A DNA stretch of 64,000 nucleotides from Octopus sinensis (taxonomy: Eukaryota), in NCBI RefSeq assembly GCF_006345805.1, contig NC_043009.1, positions 11,904,001 to 11,968,000 on the forward strand, given 5' to 3'. Position 1 is the first letter of the stretch; the number at the start of each line of letters is the position of its first letter. The translations under genes were made by a program, and so were the position numbers. The notes beneath the pieces are model-generated. The model was not told the origin of the DNA. It saw only the letters and a program-made list of their open reading frames with translations, and did no database searches. Shown piece by piece: positions 28,362 to 40,454 of the stretch.

Positions 28362-28507
28362 CACCGTTCTTTCCTTCCCTGAACGTCTGCTAATACTTTA
28401 CATGTACTACGTTCTCGTGTTGTCTTTGTTTATTTTGTGTTTGTTCTCCGTTTTCTTTTTTGGTGGTGGTGGTGGTGGTGGTGGTGTGGATTTACTATAT
28501 ATACATA

Positions 28508-28740
28508 TATGATGGCCGTCCACTCGTGACAGAGGAAGACCATTGCCGACCTTCAGGAACATTGTGCGCTCTAGGACTAACTTATAATTTGCATTTGCGG
28601 CTCCGTTGGTGGCTAATGAACCCTGCTCTTGACAAGCATACACGACTGCAAACATTGCAGACCAAGCTTTCCCCATTCACTATACGAGCCGTGCACTTTC
28701 GCGCAGCTCGCTTAAGTTCTTCATGCTGGATATGTACTCT
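28508..28740 (-). mobile_element. 5'-truncated RTE-like LINE 3' end
   Basis: Minus frame ELKRAARKCTARIVNGESLVCNVCSRVCLSRAGFISHQRSRKC* is followed by a short 3' UTR ending GGACGGCCATC and an SSR tail. Confidence 0.75.
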
Positions 28741-28745
28741 CTCAT

Positions 28746-28778
<33 letters not shown>

Positions 28779-28799
28779 TATATATATACATAAATAAAA

Positions 28800-29059
28800 T
28801 AAAAAAATAAATGCACCCTTTTAAAGTCTAGCCAGTCTCATGGGCCCGGTTTTCCGGTTTCTATGGTGTATGAGTTCCCCAGCTGGACGGGACGTCAGTC
28901 CATCGCAGCGTTACTCATTTTTGCCAGCTGAGTGAACTGGGGCAACGTGAAATGAAGTGTTTTGCTCAAGAACACAACGAGTCGCCCGGTTCAGGAATCG
29001 AAACCACGATCTTACGATCATGATGCTGACACCCTAACCACTAAGCCACGCGCCTCCAC
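28800..29059 (-). mobile_element. tRNA-derived SINE family C
   Basis: The reverse complement starts GTGGAGGCGCGTGGCTTAGTGGTTAGGGTGTCAGC...GGTTTCGATTCC; about 90% like 60173-60433 by eye. Confidence 0.9.
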
Positions 29060-29721
29060 ACACACACACATAAGTAAATATTCTTTGGAACCTTGATTTT
29101 TAGGCACGTTTTCCAATCCTTTAAGGATAAACGGCCCATGGGCGATCTAATGGACGGGCAGATTTTCGAAAAAACCCGGTATATGTATATGTATGCCTAT
29201 ACGTGTATGTGTGTACGTTTGCACACACACACACACACACACACGTATACAAGTGAAAAAAAACTCTCCCAAATAAGGGGTGTTTATGAGTAGGCAGTGA
29301 TTAGTCATATTGGCATCGGGAATATACGTTTATCCTTCTTCTTTTCACCAATGTTTGGAAGGTGTTTTTGAAACAATTTCATTACTTACTGCGTCCTCTG
29401 TCTGTGTTAGAGACGTATACATCCGCAATTTGGAATGAACTTGCTGCACACTTCTATGTGAGGCTGCATGGAGTGTGTGTGTGTGTGTGTGTGTGGTGTG
29501 TGTGTTTTGCTATTGCCAAGTATATGATATATTGCCAGTGACCATATGAGAACCTTTGACTACTTGACAAATAGGCCGGCATTGTATCTACTTACCTATT
29601 TCTTATGTATATATCTATGTCTGTAAAACTGTGCCCAAACATTAAATTCGCTAACTTCAAGAATGCTTCTGTTCTTCTTTGTTTGCATGCAAAACAAATT
29701 TATAAGTAAACAAATGCTCAC

Positions 29722-29976
29722 CTTGATCACAATAGTTTCCTTTCCAGCCTTCCATACATTTTCGGGTGCCGTTTTCTGTGCAATAGTAATGACCCAGTTC
29801 ATCGTCTCTAACTCGACAAAAGTGGTCGCATTTTTTGCCATAATAGTTTTTATTACAAACGACACGGTACTCGAAACTCATCATCGTGATATTGGAGCGC
29901 ATCACTTTTTTCACCCATCTATGAGACGGTTGCACGATGCTGGTATGGACAACTCGTTGAATCATGTAGCGAGGAT
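29722..29976 (-). CDS. Delta: Delta-like Notch ligand, DSL-domain exon
   Basis: TGTAG|ATCCTCGC...GATCAAG|GTGAGC; 255 nt, phase 1 to 1. Encodes CNKNYYGKKCDHFCRVRDDELGHYYCTENGTRKCMEGWKGNYC, the canonical 6-Cys DSL pattern. Confidence 0.95.
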
Positions 29977-30029
29977 CTACAATACACATGACATAACTTG
30001 ATCAAATATAATCCTAGCAAACCATCAAA

Positions 30030-30424
30030 TCTTTATATATAAAAGTAAGGTTGTGTGTCTGTCTCCTACGATTTAGATTCCTAACTACTCCCACATTTTG
30101 CGGTGCAGTTTAACCAAAACCGGGTATCTTATAGTCGTGATTCATATCACACCCTTCTGGGTATTAGCGCGCGTCTACGATGAGTCTACGATTTAAAAAA
30201 AAAATTACCATCATTTTTTCCCATTTTAATGCATTTTTTCGCTATTATATAAGGGAAGTAACTCTCTAAAAATGTCTACGATGAGTCAACGATTAAAAAA
30301 AAATTTACCATCATTTTTTCCATTTTTAATGCATTTTTCTGCTACTTTTTGGCTATAACTCTCTAAAAATGCTTATATAGTTATTTCCCTTACAAACCCG
30401 AGCAACGCCGGGCGATACTGCTAG
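30030..30424 (+). mobile_element. Non-autonomous Helitron (395 bp)
   Basis: 5' A|TCTTTATATATAAAA; 3' hairpin CCCGAGCAACGCCGGG then CTAG|T; inserted between A and T with no TSD; internal ~100-bp duplication. Confidence 0.88.
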
Positions 30425-31119
30425 TTATCTATATATTTGGTAAACCTTATCGGTAAATTTTGGCTCACGAGCTTGTCATTATACCAATAATAAACACTCG
30501 CCCTTGTTCAGCTTCACTTCTTTATTATTCGTCAATTCGTTGGTTAGTTAGATGGTTAAATAATTAACCACTTGACGAATAATCGCGCGATCATGTGACC
30601 GACCAGGCTCTCAGATATTGTTACAAATCGCTGGTCACAATGCACTTTTGCATTGCTTTAGCTTTCAAATGACGCCACCCCGCTGGCTAAACGAGCAGGT
30701 CAACGTTCGCCCAATAATGGAAAGTGGGACTGGAATAACGTGAAATGAAGTGCTTTGCTCAAGAACACAACGCACCAGCCAGTCAGAGAATTGAATCCAC
30801 GAGCTAGCGATCGTGAGTGCAACAGACTTACCACTAGACCATGCGCATCTACTGACGAATTATAAAGAAATGAAATATAACCAGGGCGTGTGTTTATCAT
30901 AGTTATAATGACCGTCCCGAGATGCAGCAAAATTTGTTTTGATATAAGAGTTCACATCAAGAATCTTGCAAGCCAACTACAAAAACTTGTCAGTAAACTT
31001 GCCTTTCTTTATTTGAAAGAAATCTGACGTTTAACAGTTAGAAGTTGTAACATCTAAGCTTTTCTTCAAGTGAAAGTTTTAGATATCACAAATGAGACAG
31101 CTACTCAGGATCAGAAATA

Positions 31120-31345
31120 TTGGGTTGTCCGGAAAGTTCGTGCCGATTTTTAAAGAAAAGAAAGAGGTCAAACAAATACTTGCAATTACATTTTTAATCA
31201 ACCAAATGTGAACCCTTTTGTTGCACAATGCGTTTCCATCTTTCCTTTAACTTGAAAATACCCTCTTCCCAGAATTGAGGTACCTGGGAGGGTAAGTCGA
31301 AAGGTAAGCTACTATAAATCGGCACGAACTTTCCGGACAACCCAA
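31120..31345 (-). mobile_element. 226-bp MITE derived from the same mariner
   Basis: Same TIRs and TA flanks as 484-1048, retaining only the end of the transposase (PQFWEEGIFKLKERWKRIVQQ). Confidence 0.92.
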
Positions 31346-31933
31346 TACTAATTAGTAGAAGTTTCCTTGTTTTATTATTATTATGTTTGGGGAGAAAAAT
31401 CATATTTGATATATTGTCTAACTGACGTCAGTGTACGATTTTTTGAAACCATTTAGTGGATCCTTCATCTCGCAGATTACCTACATGCAATACGATTGTT
31501 CTGAGAGAGCAATTCTATTACATGTAAATAATCAGTTAAACGAATGGCTGTAAGACTTCAGATACACCAGGTTTTTGCTTCCCTGCGAGGTCTCATGATA
31601 ACTCTAGCAGAGGTGGGAAAACAGGACTCGTCAGAATACGTCAGTTGTTGTTTTTTGACATTTATCTAAGCCTATACCTATGTTGGAATAATGTTCGGAG
31701 CTAATGAGTATATTAGTATTACAGTGTCTCACTAATTACAATTAGTCAGGCTATCTTGTTCATACAAGTTTCTTTTTTTTTTTTCTAACCATAGCCTGAA
31801 AGTTAATGAATCATTAATTAGTCATACAGCGAACTCGCTGCTCACAACAAATAAGTAAATCTCTATTTCAGCTGACTATTACCTACCACATTTACTTGGT
31901 ATACGATGCAAAAAAACTAAGATGTCTACTCAC

Positions 31934-31994
31934 CTCGAAATGTATCGTTCCTGAGATTGTCGTGCCAGGCTTCAACAGACAACGTGAACGATTG
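31934..31994 (-). CDS. Delta: Delta-like Notch ligand, internal exon: end of N-terminal C2/MNNL domain (QSFTLSVEAWHDNLRNDTFR)
   Basis: Minus strand TTCTATTCTTCAG|CAATCG...TTTCGAG|GTGAGT; 61 nt, phase 0 to 1. The peptide matches the DSL-ligand motif (G/R)TFSLIIEAW and splices in frame to the DSL exon (G|AT = Asp). Confidence 0.88.
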
Positions 31995-32129
31995 CTGAAG
32001 AATAGAAATAACACCAATATTAAACACGAAATTTCCACCCAAATGCTACTACCGTTTCCACCCAACCACTAGTATTTTCCATTTAACGTAATTATAATTT
32101 GATTAGTTTCCACAAAATATTCGTTTCAA

Positions 32130-32940
32130 AGTTTTGGCTCAGGGCCATCAATTTCAGGGAAGGGGACCAGTCGATAACATCCACTCCACTGCTGAATTTA
32201 TTTTATAAACACCCGAAAGGATGAAAAGCGAAGTCGACCATGGCGAAATTTGAACGCAGAACGCGAAGACTGACAAAATATGGCTTGGCATTTTACCTGG
32301 CGTGCTAACGATTCTGCCAGTTAATCGCATTAAAAACCAAAATATTAAGTGAGAGCAATCGCATGCTCGTGTTAGAAGGAATATACGTGCTAGATAAGAG
32401 TTCCAAAATCGCGAAGATTTTGTTGAGGGAGAAAGATCGATCAAAGAATTTCAAGCATATGTAAATGCTAGTGTGTAGATTTGGATTTAAATTAGAATGG
32501 TACGGAATCATCAAATTTGTTTGAACAAAAATTAATGTAGAACCGAATGAAGTCGATGCCTTTTTTAATAGAATTAAACGAAACAAGTCTCTATCAATCA
32601 TAACTAAAAATTCCACAACGTTTTATCATTATCAGATATCATTCCCTCATGAATAATATTTCCGGTGTTATAAAAACTGTATAATATATGGGGATAAACC
32701 GCTTATAAATTTGAATATATCGAGCAATCAAGGCGGAGAGTTGGCAGAATTGTTAGCAGACAGGGCAAAATGCCTAGCGGCATTTCGTCCGTTGTTACGG
32801 TCTGATTTCAAATTCCGTTGAGACCGACTTTAACTTTCATTCTTTCGGGGTCGATAAAATAAGTACCAGTTGAGCAGTGAGGTCGATCTAATCGACTTGT
32901 CGCTCCTTCCAAATTGCTGGTCTTTGTAGCAAGACTTGGA
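32130..32940. mobile_element. Two SINE family A-type copies in opposite orientation (about 32130-32325 minus, 32733-32940 plus)
   Basis: The shared CTTTCATCCTTTCGGGGTCGATAAAATAAGTACCAG block is seen once on each strand. Confidence 0.8.
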
Positions 32941-33139
32941 GAGAAATATGCCAAATGTTAAATCTAAGATTATATTTCCACGTGAAAATGTAGATGAAAT
33001 TCCATCGCAACATGAGGCCGATGACGACTGAATTCCATCATTACGAGAGGAGCGAGAGGAGCGCTGGTCGGAATTTTATCATAACTAAAGTAAATAAATA
33101 AATAAATAATAATACGTGAATTAATCAAAAGCATAAGTA

Positions 33140-33349
33140 TACTCTTACTCTTTTACTTTTTTCAGACATTTGACTGCGGCCATGCTGGAGCACCGCCTTT
33201 AGTCGAGCAAATCGACCCCAGGACTTATTCTTTGTAAGCCCAGTACTTATTCTATCGGTCTCTTTTGCCGAACCGCTAAGTTACGGCGACGTAAACACAC
33301 CAGCATCGGTTGTCAAGCGATGTTGGAAGGGGGGACAAACACAGACACA

Positions 33350-33427
<78 letters not shown>

Positions 33428-33589
33428 GACGGGCTTATTTCAGTTTCCCTCTACCAAATCCACTCACAAGTCTTTGGTCAACCCGGGGCAATAGTAGAAG
33501 ACACTTGCTCAAGGTGCCACGCAGCGGGACTCAACCCGGAACCATGTGGTTGGTAAACCAGCTACTTACCACACAGCCACTCCTACGCC
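33140..33589 (-). mobile_element. SINE family B
   Basis: Full-length match to the other family B copies. Confidence 0.92.
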
Positions 33590-33689
33590 TCCTACGTGTA
33601 ATGAAATATTTTAATGTACATTTGACACCAAAATGCAAACCTAGTTATGTCACTGAATACAATAACAAAACAGCTCAACAGATCTAAAT

Positions 33690-34075
33690 ACAGACAACAA
33701 ACCTATAAAACAGTGTCCTGGACGAATAGAAGATAGCTTTATGACAAATAAGAATTTATAGGCGGACTACAAATAGGCTGATATCTGCTCTATTGAAGAA
33801 GATTGTGTTAGAACAAACAGAAACTTAGAGGTGCTCGAAAAATAGGTTAACACATATAGCCTATAGCTGAAGATAATAATATGGCTGTGGGAACTTATAG
33901 TCACTCGGAAAACAGGCTAACATTTAACCTATAAATGAAGATATTCTTGTAAACAAATGGGAATTTATAGGGGCTCTGAATATAGGTTAATATTTAGCTT
34001 GTAGATGAAGATAATAACATGTCAGATAGGAACTTATAGGCACTTTCTAAGTAGGTTAACATCTGGCATTTTCCA
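33690..34075. repeat. Old degenerate ~70-bp tandem array (5-6 units)
   Basis: Recurrent GAA(C/T)TTATAG...AGG(T/C)TAA(C/T)AT...GAAGAT at ~68-71 bp spacing. Confidence 0.7.
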
Positions 34076-34131
34076 TATCTTATTTTGTTATTTATTATAT
34101 TTTTTTCTTCATTTAAGGTTTAGTCGTATTT

Positions 34132-34207
<76 letters not shown>

Positions 34208-34492
34208 AAAACTACGAGAAAATCCTTGAGTGACGTATTGGAATATTACTGAGGTGGGAAACAGAAAAAGAAAAAAAAATTAATAATTAGAAAAAGTTTA
34301 AAAAAACCCAGAAAAATCTCCCATCATATTCAGTACAGGATAATAAAAATAAACTGTATTGGATATCCAATAAACACACGTGACTACAAATTCCCACATT
34401 CCCACCTCATAAACAATAATTCCCCCACCACCACATATATATGTAATTTGTGCATATGTGTAGACGTATATGTATATTTGTGTGTGTGCATA

Positions 34493-34544
<52 letters not shown>

Positions 34545-34886
34545 ACACTCCCCCACATACACAAACATATAGCCATGTACAAATTACTTATATAAAGCGC
34601 CATTAGCTAATAACCACCGAAACTGCAATATGGCTGCCTTCGAAGTGTAATGGCATCCGAGCTAATAATGATGTACCGGATGTATCTTGCTCATATAATC
34701 CAACTTATTTCCCCCCCCCTCCATTTTTTATTTGTTTTCTTTAATGCTGCACGCCTACTGATTACGTCCTTCGGCAAGATACTCATTTCTGTTTACTTTT
34801 CAGACAAAATATTCTCAGAGCAAGTTTTACAGCGCAAATGGAGAGTGACACTACTGCTACTGCTACTACTACTACTGCTGCTGCTG

Positions 34887-34928
<42 letters not shown>

Positions 34929-34964
34929 ATAATAATAATAATAATAATTATTATTATTATTTCT

Positions 34965-36050
34965 TTATTGCCCACAGGAGGCTAAACATAAAGGGACAAA
35001 CAAGGACAGACAAGGGGATTAAGTCGATTATATCGACCCCAGTGATTTACTGGTACTTATTTAATCGACTCCGAAAGGAAGAAAGGCAAAGTCGACCTCG
35101 GCGGAATTTGAAGCATTTCGTCCAGTGTTCTAACGATTCTGCCAGCTCACCACCTTAATAACAATAATAATTATAATAATAATAATAATTATAATAATAA
35201 TAATAATATAATAATAATAATAATAATAATAATGCTGATGATGATTTCAAATTTTGGCACCAGGCCAGTAATTTCGGGGAAGGGAGTAAGTCGATTACAT
35301 TTACCCCCGTGCTCAAATGGTACTTATTTTATCGAACCCGAGAAGATAAAAGGCAAAGTCGACCAAGGCAGAATTTGAACTCAGAACGTAAAGACGGACG
35401 AAATGCCGCTAAGCATTTTTCCGGGCGTACTAACGATTCAGCCATTAATAATAATACTTTCAGCAATAAGGAAAAGGCCTGAAATGTTTGGGGAGAGGCT
35501 AGGCAATAACATCGGTCCCAGTGCCCAATTGATACTTCATTTTATCAACCTCGAAAAGACGAAAGGGAAAGTTGACCCCGGCGGAATTTGAACTCGAGAC
35601 GTAACGAGCCAGAAAAAAATGCCGCTCAGACTTTTGTCCGGCGCGTTAAGGATTCTACCAGTTCTCCGCTCTGAGTTGCTTCAAATTTTGGCACAAGGTC
35701 AGTAACTTTAGGGAGGGAGCAAGACAGTTACATCGATCTCCGTACCTGATTGGTACCTTATTTCATCGACCCCGAAGAGATAAAAGCCAAAGTTGTTCTC
35801 GGTGGATTCGAACTTAGAAGGTAAAGGACCGAAAGAAATATTGCAAACATTTCTTCAAAGGCTCCAATGATATTGTTAGTTTGCCATCGTTATAACAATC
35901 ATTTCTAGCAACACAAGGCCAAAAATTTAGGGAGAGAAAGTAGAACCCAGAAGTATGAAAGTTGATCTCCATAGGATTTGAACTTAGTTTGTAGAGCACC
36001 GTAACTAAATCTGCAAAGTATTTTCAGCGACATTCTAGCGAATATGCAAA
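34965..36050 (-). mobile_element. Stack of about five co-oriented SINE family A-type copies
   Basis: Successive GAAAGGCAAAGTCGACC(T)CGGCGGAATTTGAA blocks near 35085, 35350, 35565, 35780 and a decayed one near 35960. Confidence 0.8.
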
Positions 36051-36277
36051 TTCACTAGCCTCAACAGTTCTCACATCCAGGGCCGTTTTAATGTATGAAC
36101 ACACAAGTCAGGACCCAATTCTGATCTATGCCTATTGTTGCGTACTGTCAATGAAAAATACTATAGGACCAATTCTATTGATTTGCCTGGTGGAGGATGT
36201 ATGAAGCTGCTAATACGACCCTGCTCAATCCTAAAGTATCGTGTGACATATTTCACCAGGATAATTCCGGCAATATA

Positions 36278-36845
36278 TTGGGTTGTCCGGAAAATTCGTG
36301 CCGATTTATAGTAGCTTACATTTCGACTTATTTTAGAACATGGTTGAGTCCATAAAATAGGATTTGATTACACCTCCATTTAGAGCACAGTTTAAGTTAT
36401 ATTTTCGTGGAAGAATGTTTATGTTCCTATAACCTGTGTTGATTCTGTAACCCTTTAAAATGGAAGATAAGAATGATCCATTTTCGGCACTTGATGCTTT
36501 GGGAACCAGACAAAAATTGCTGCAGCTCGGCTGGGATGTGTTACCCCACCCTCCACATTCACCAGATATTTTTCCTTCGGATTTCCACTTATTCAGGTCT
36601 CTGCAGAATAGTCTTAATGGTAAAAATTTAAATTCCTTTGATGACGTAAAAAGATACCTCGATGAATTATTTGCCATGAAACCACCTCAATTCTGGGAAG
36701 AGGGTATTTTCAAGTTAAAGGGAAGATGGAGACGCATTGTGCAACAAAATGGTTCATATTTGGTTGATCAAAAATGTAATGGCAAGTATTTATTGACCTT
36801 TTTCCTTTCCTTTAAAAATCGGCACGAACTTTCCGGACAACCCAA
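36278..36845 (+). mobile_element. Internally deleted mariner element (568 bp)
   Basis: TA-flanked TIRs. ORF 36460-36852 has HPPHSPDIFPSDFHLF. Same deletion class as 484-1048. Confidence 0.92.
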
Positions 36846-37288
36846 TATATGAAACCACCAATACTTCCAAAACAGCTTCCCAAACTTCTGTTTTCCCTGC
36901 GTAAATGTATAAAATTACGTAACAAAGATATCTACCAGTTGTTATTTTATTCGTTTGTAATTTGCACGAGGTAGATAGCGTATCTCGCTCTCATTATCTA
37001 AATTAACAATGACTGACTCACATTACGGCAATCTGCATTGTGTAGTCCAACTGGAATTGGCGGCATTTTCCCCTTAGATATAAAAGTTAATCTTTAATGA
37101 GATATAATAAAGTTGATTGCATGCACTAAGATGGATCAACTGAGAGTTGAAAGCCTTGCATATGATGAGATGAAGGCCAACCACTGTATACAGTCTCTTT
37201 CACACATACATACATACATACTAATAGCCGCGAGCCAACCAAAGCTTTGTAATCGATTTGGTAGACAGAAATTAAAAGAAGCCCATTG

Positions 37289-37330
<42 letters not shown>

Positions 37331-37904
37331 TTGCCGGGCCATAGTGCTAGTATATAATACATAATGAGAACTAATATAATAAAATGGTACAAGGCGATGA
37401 TTGAAGCTGAACGAAATTGTTCTGATATCAGCTCCTTGCAATTAAATGGATTTGTGCCAATGTAGAATAAAGTATTCAGCCAAAAGACAACGAAATGCCA
37501 ACAGCAGATCAGAACTGAGAACCTTTGGGAAAACAATCCAAGCGACTTCATCCATCCTGGTTATATTGATATAAATACGCAGATGTTCTTGATGGGGCAA
37601 ATGATATACACTTGTGTTGAGAATCGAAACCGGGGAGAAGAGTTTCGTTGAGGTGACATCCGTAATAAGTTCTGGAATCCATTAGAGTTTTAATAAATGG
37701 ATTTACCTTATTAGTGGCGTAATTGGGAAAATAAATAAATTCCAACAAACGTTTCCATATGATGCATGTAGCCACACAGACTCGAATGCGTAGAGACATG
37801 CATACATAGTGACAGAGAAAGGGGGAGAGAATGAAGAAGGGAAAAGTAGGTAAGAAAAATAACGGGGGCACAATAGCATATATACCTACATATATATATA
37901 TTTT

Positions 37905-38130
37905 TTACTACCTACAAGGGGCTAAACATAGAGGGGACAAACAAGGACAGACAAATGGATTAAGTCGATTACATCAGCCCCAGTGCGTAACTGGTACTTA
38001 ATTTATGGACCCCGAAAGGATGAAAGGTAAAGTCGAACTCGGCGGAATTTGAACTCAGAATGTAACGGCAGACGAAATACGGCTACGCATTTGGCCCGGC
38101 GGGCTTACGTTTCTGCCAGCTCGCCGCCTT
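37905..38130 (-). mobile_element. SINE family A
   Basis: Reverse complement of the full family A unit, from GGCGGCGAGCTGGCAG to GGTAGTAAAAAAT. Confidence 0.9.
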
Positions 38131-38917
38131 ACATATATACATACATATATATGTATGTGTGTGTGTGTGTGCGTGCGTGTATGTGTGTGTAACCATATTC
38201 ACACACACATACACATACACACATGGTTGATGTTTCACTTTCCGACGCTACCAACATGGCCACCAACCTGAAACGTTGTTCTGGTTGGTTTTCAACTTAA
38301 TGAGACTTCACTGTTCCGAGTTCAAATCTTGCCAAGAACTGAACAATTATTTCTGTCCAAAAATCATAAATGCCAAGACACTTATTTACACGTTTACGTA
38401 AATTCTTCGTTCTGAAACTTCCAGTTTTTATGTGATGGCCTGGAGTCGAAGTAATCGTCTTGACCCGCCCCAAATCAGCTGGACATGTGTCAAAATTTGA
38501 AATCAATATTAACATCCAAACCTCAAAATAATGCACAAAAACAGCAGCTTTGTAAGAAGCCAAAAGCACGACGTTTCCTGAGAGTAAGCCGATTTAACAA
38601 TGAATAATTCTAATTGGACGATGATGCTGATGTTACCAACAACAATATTGATTACATGATCTTTGTAGCATATCATATATATATATATATATATGCGGCA
38701 TTAAAAAATATGACTACCAAGCACTTGAGCCATAAGTGAAGACTTAGGACATCTATAAGCGTTAAGTGGAATTAGGAAGGCTATTGCTCCAACCTAAATA
38801 TAAAGGAAGATCATTAAAGAAAATATACATACATAGATACATATATATATATATAATATATATATAATATATATATATATAATATATATATATATACATA
38901 TATACATACATATATAT

Positions 38918-38949
<32 letters not shown>

Positions 38950-38979
38950 CTTTATTTAAAGCAGCAGAAAATGCTAGAA

Positions 38980-39026
38980 AAAACTGTCCGATGAACGGCA
39001 ACGGGAAACTCAGAGTAACAGGTTTT
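38980..39026 (+). ncRNA. Hammerhead-like motif in family P2 repeat (38950-39125)
   Basis: AAAACTGT/ACAG(G)TTTT helix I; CCGATGA core; CG-GCAA-CG helix II; GAAA; near-palindromic ACTC-A-GAGT helix III; GUA triplet. Confidence 0.5.
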
Positions 39027-39122
39027 GTTGAATTTTCTGCGGCTTAAATAAAGCATATTACTCTACCACTGGTACTTGAGTACTCTTTTTTCCACCTTGT
39101 TTCACATTTATGTGTTTACTCC

Positions 39123-39186
<64 letters not shown>

Positions 39187-39567
39187 ATCCAAACAAGAAA
39201 ACACAAAAAAAAAAACACGACAACGCGAGGACGTGGGACAAATATAGTATTATTGGACGCTAAGGAAAGAAGGGAGCTCTTCGTCGGAAACATAGGAGAA
39301 GGAAAGATCCAGAGAAGGGAAGACAGAGGAAAAAAAATCGCCAACGGTACACACGATGTCACATGTGTGTGTGTGTGTGTGTATGTGTGTGTGTGTGTGG
39401 AGGCGCTATGGCCCAGTGGTTAGAGAAGCGGACTCGCGGTCGTAGGATCATAGCTGTCAGATTCAAAGGAAAACGAACACCCGCATAGAGGTGGAAAGAA
39501 TGAGGATAAACAAAAGTGAATTTAGCTGAAATGTATTAATTACAAAAATTAATTTTCCCCTAAGTTA

Positions 39568-40035
39568 GGCGCAGGAGTGGCTGTCTGGTAAGTAGCTTGC
39601 TTACCAACCACATGGTTCCGGGTTCAGTCCCACTGCGTGACACCTTGGGCAACTGTCTTCTACTATAGCCTTGGGCCGACCAAAGCCTTGTGAGTGGATT
39701 TGGTAGATGGAAACTGAAAGAAGCCTATCGTATATATATGTATATATATGCGTATATCCCAGCATGGCCACAGCTCGTGAGCTGAAACTAGATAAAATAT
39801 AAAATAAATAAAATATATGTGTGTGTGTTTGTGTATCTGTATTTGTCCCCCCCCCCAACATCGCTTGACAACCGATGCTGATGTGTTTACGTCCCCGAAA
39901 CTTAGCGATTCGGCAAAAGAGACCGATAGAACAAGTAGTAGGCTTCCAAAGAATAAGTCCTGGGGTCCATTAGCTCGACTAGAGGCGGTGCTGCAGCATG
40001 GCCGCAGTCAAATGACTGAAATAAGTAAAAGAGTA
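39568..40035 (+). mobile_element. SINE family B
   Basis: GGCGCAGGAGTGGCTGT head to AAGTAAAAGAGTA tail. Confidence 0.9.
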
Positions 40036-40418
40036 AGTTCTTCAATTTAAGTTCTCAAAACAGCCAAATGCAATTTGCTTTCCGCCGCTGAATGGTCAAT
40101 GAAATAAATGTGAACTGGATTCGGTCAAATTGACATCACATTTTTATAGATGCTTCTTTGCCACAATCTCAAGAAAAGCAAGAATAAAAAAAACATTAAT
40201 ATCAAAACAAGAAAAGAAAGAAAGAAAACTGTAGCAATGGCGATAACAACAGGAATAATCGCAGAAATCCACAAAGATGATATCAACAGAAGGTTATCAA
40301 GATAAGAATTAGATTATTGATATCAGAGGGTATCTGGTGTCGAAGATAAGTACGCCTTTCCGAACAGGAATTGTAATAGAAAGAAGAAATACACGTACGT
40401 ATACGTACGCATATATAT

Positions 40419-40454
<36 letters not shown>

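Noticed and set aside
29390-29463. 74-nt minus-strand AG/GTAAGT-bounded open segment after the DSL exon (ASHRSVQQVHSKLRMYTSLTQTEDA)
   Set aside because: It has no EGF pattern, a poor polypyrimidine tract, and a phase 1-to-0 structure incompatible with the next exons.
32960-33070. Minus frame RNDGIQSSSASCCDG resembling the Delta N-terminal CC motif
   Set aside because: There are upstream stops, no following C..C.TFFRVCL, and the frame runs into a SINE.
37330-37551. ORF MKSLGLFSQRFSVLICCW...LWP as signal-peptide/C2 exon
   Set aside because: There is no GT after WP and no C2 motifs; it runs into (TA)n.
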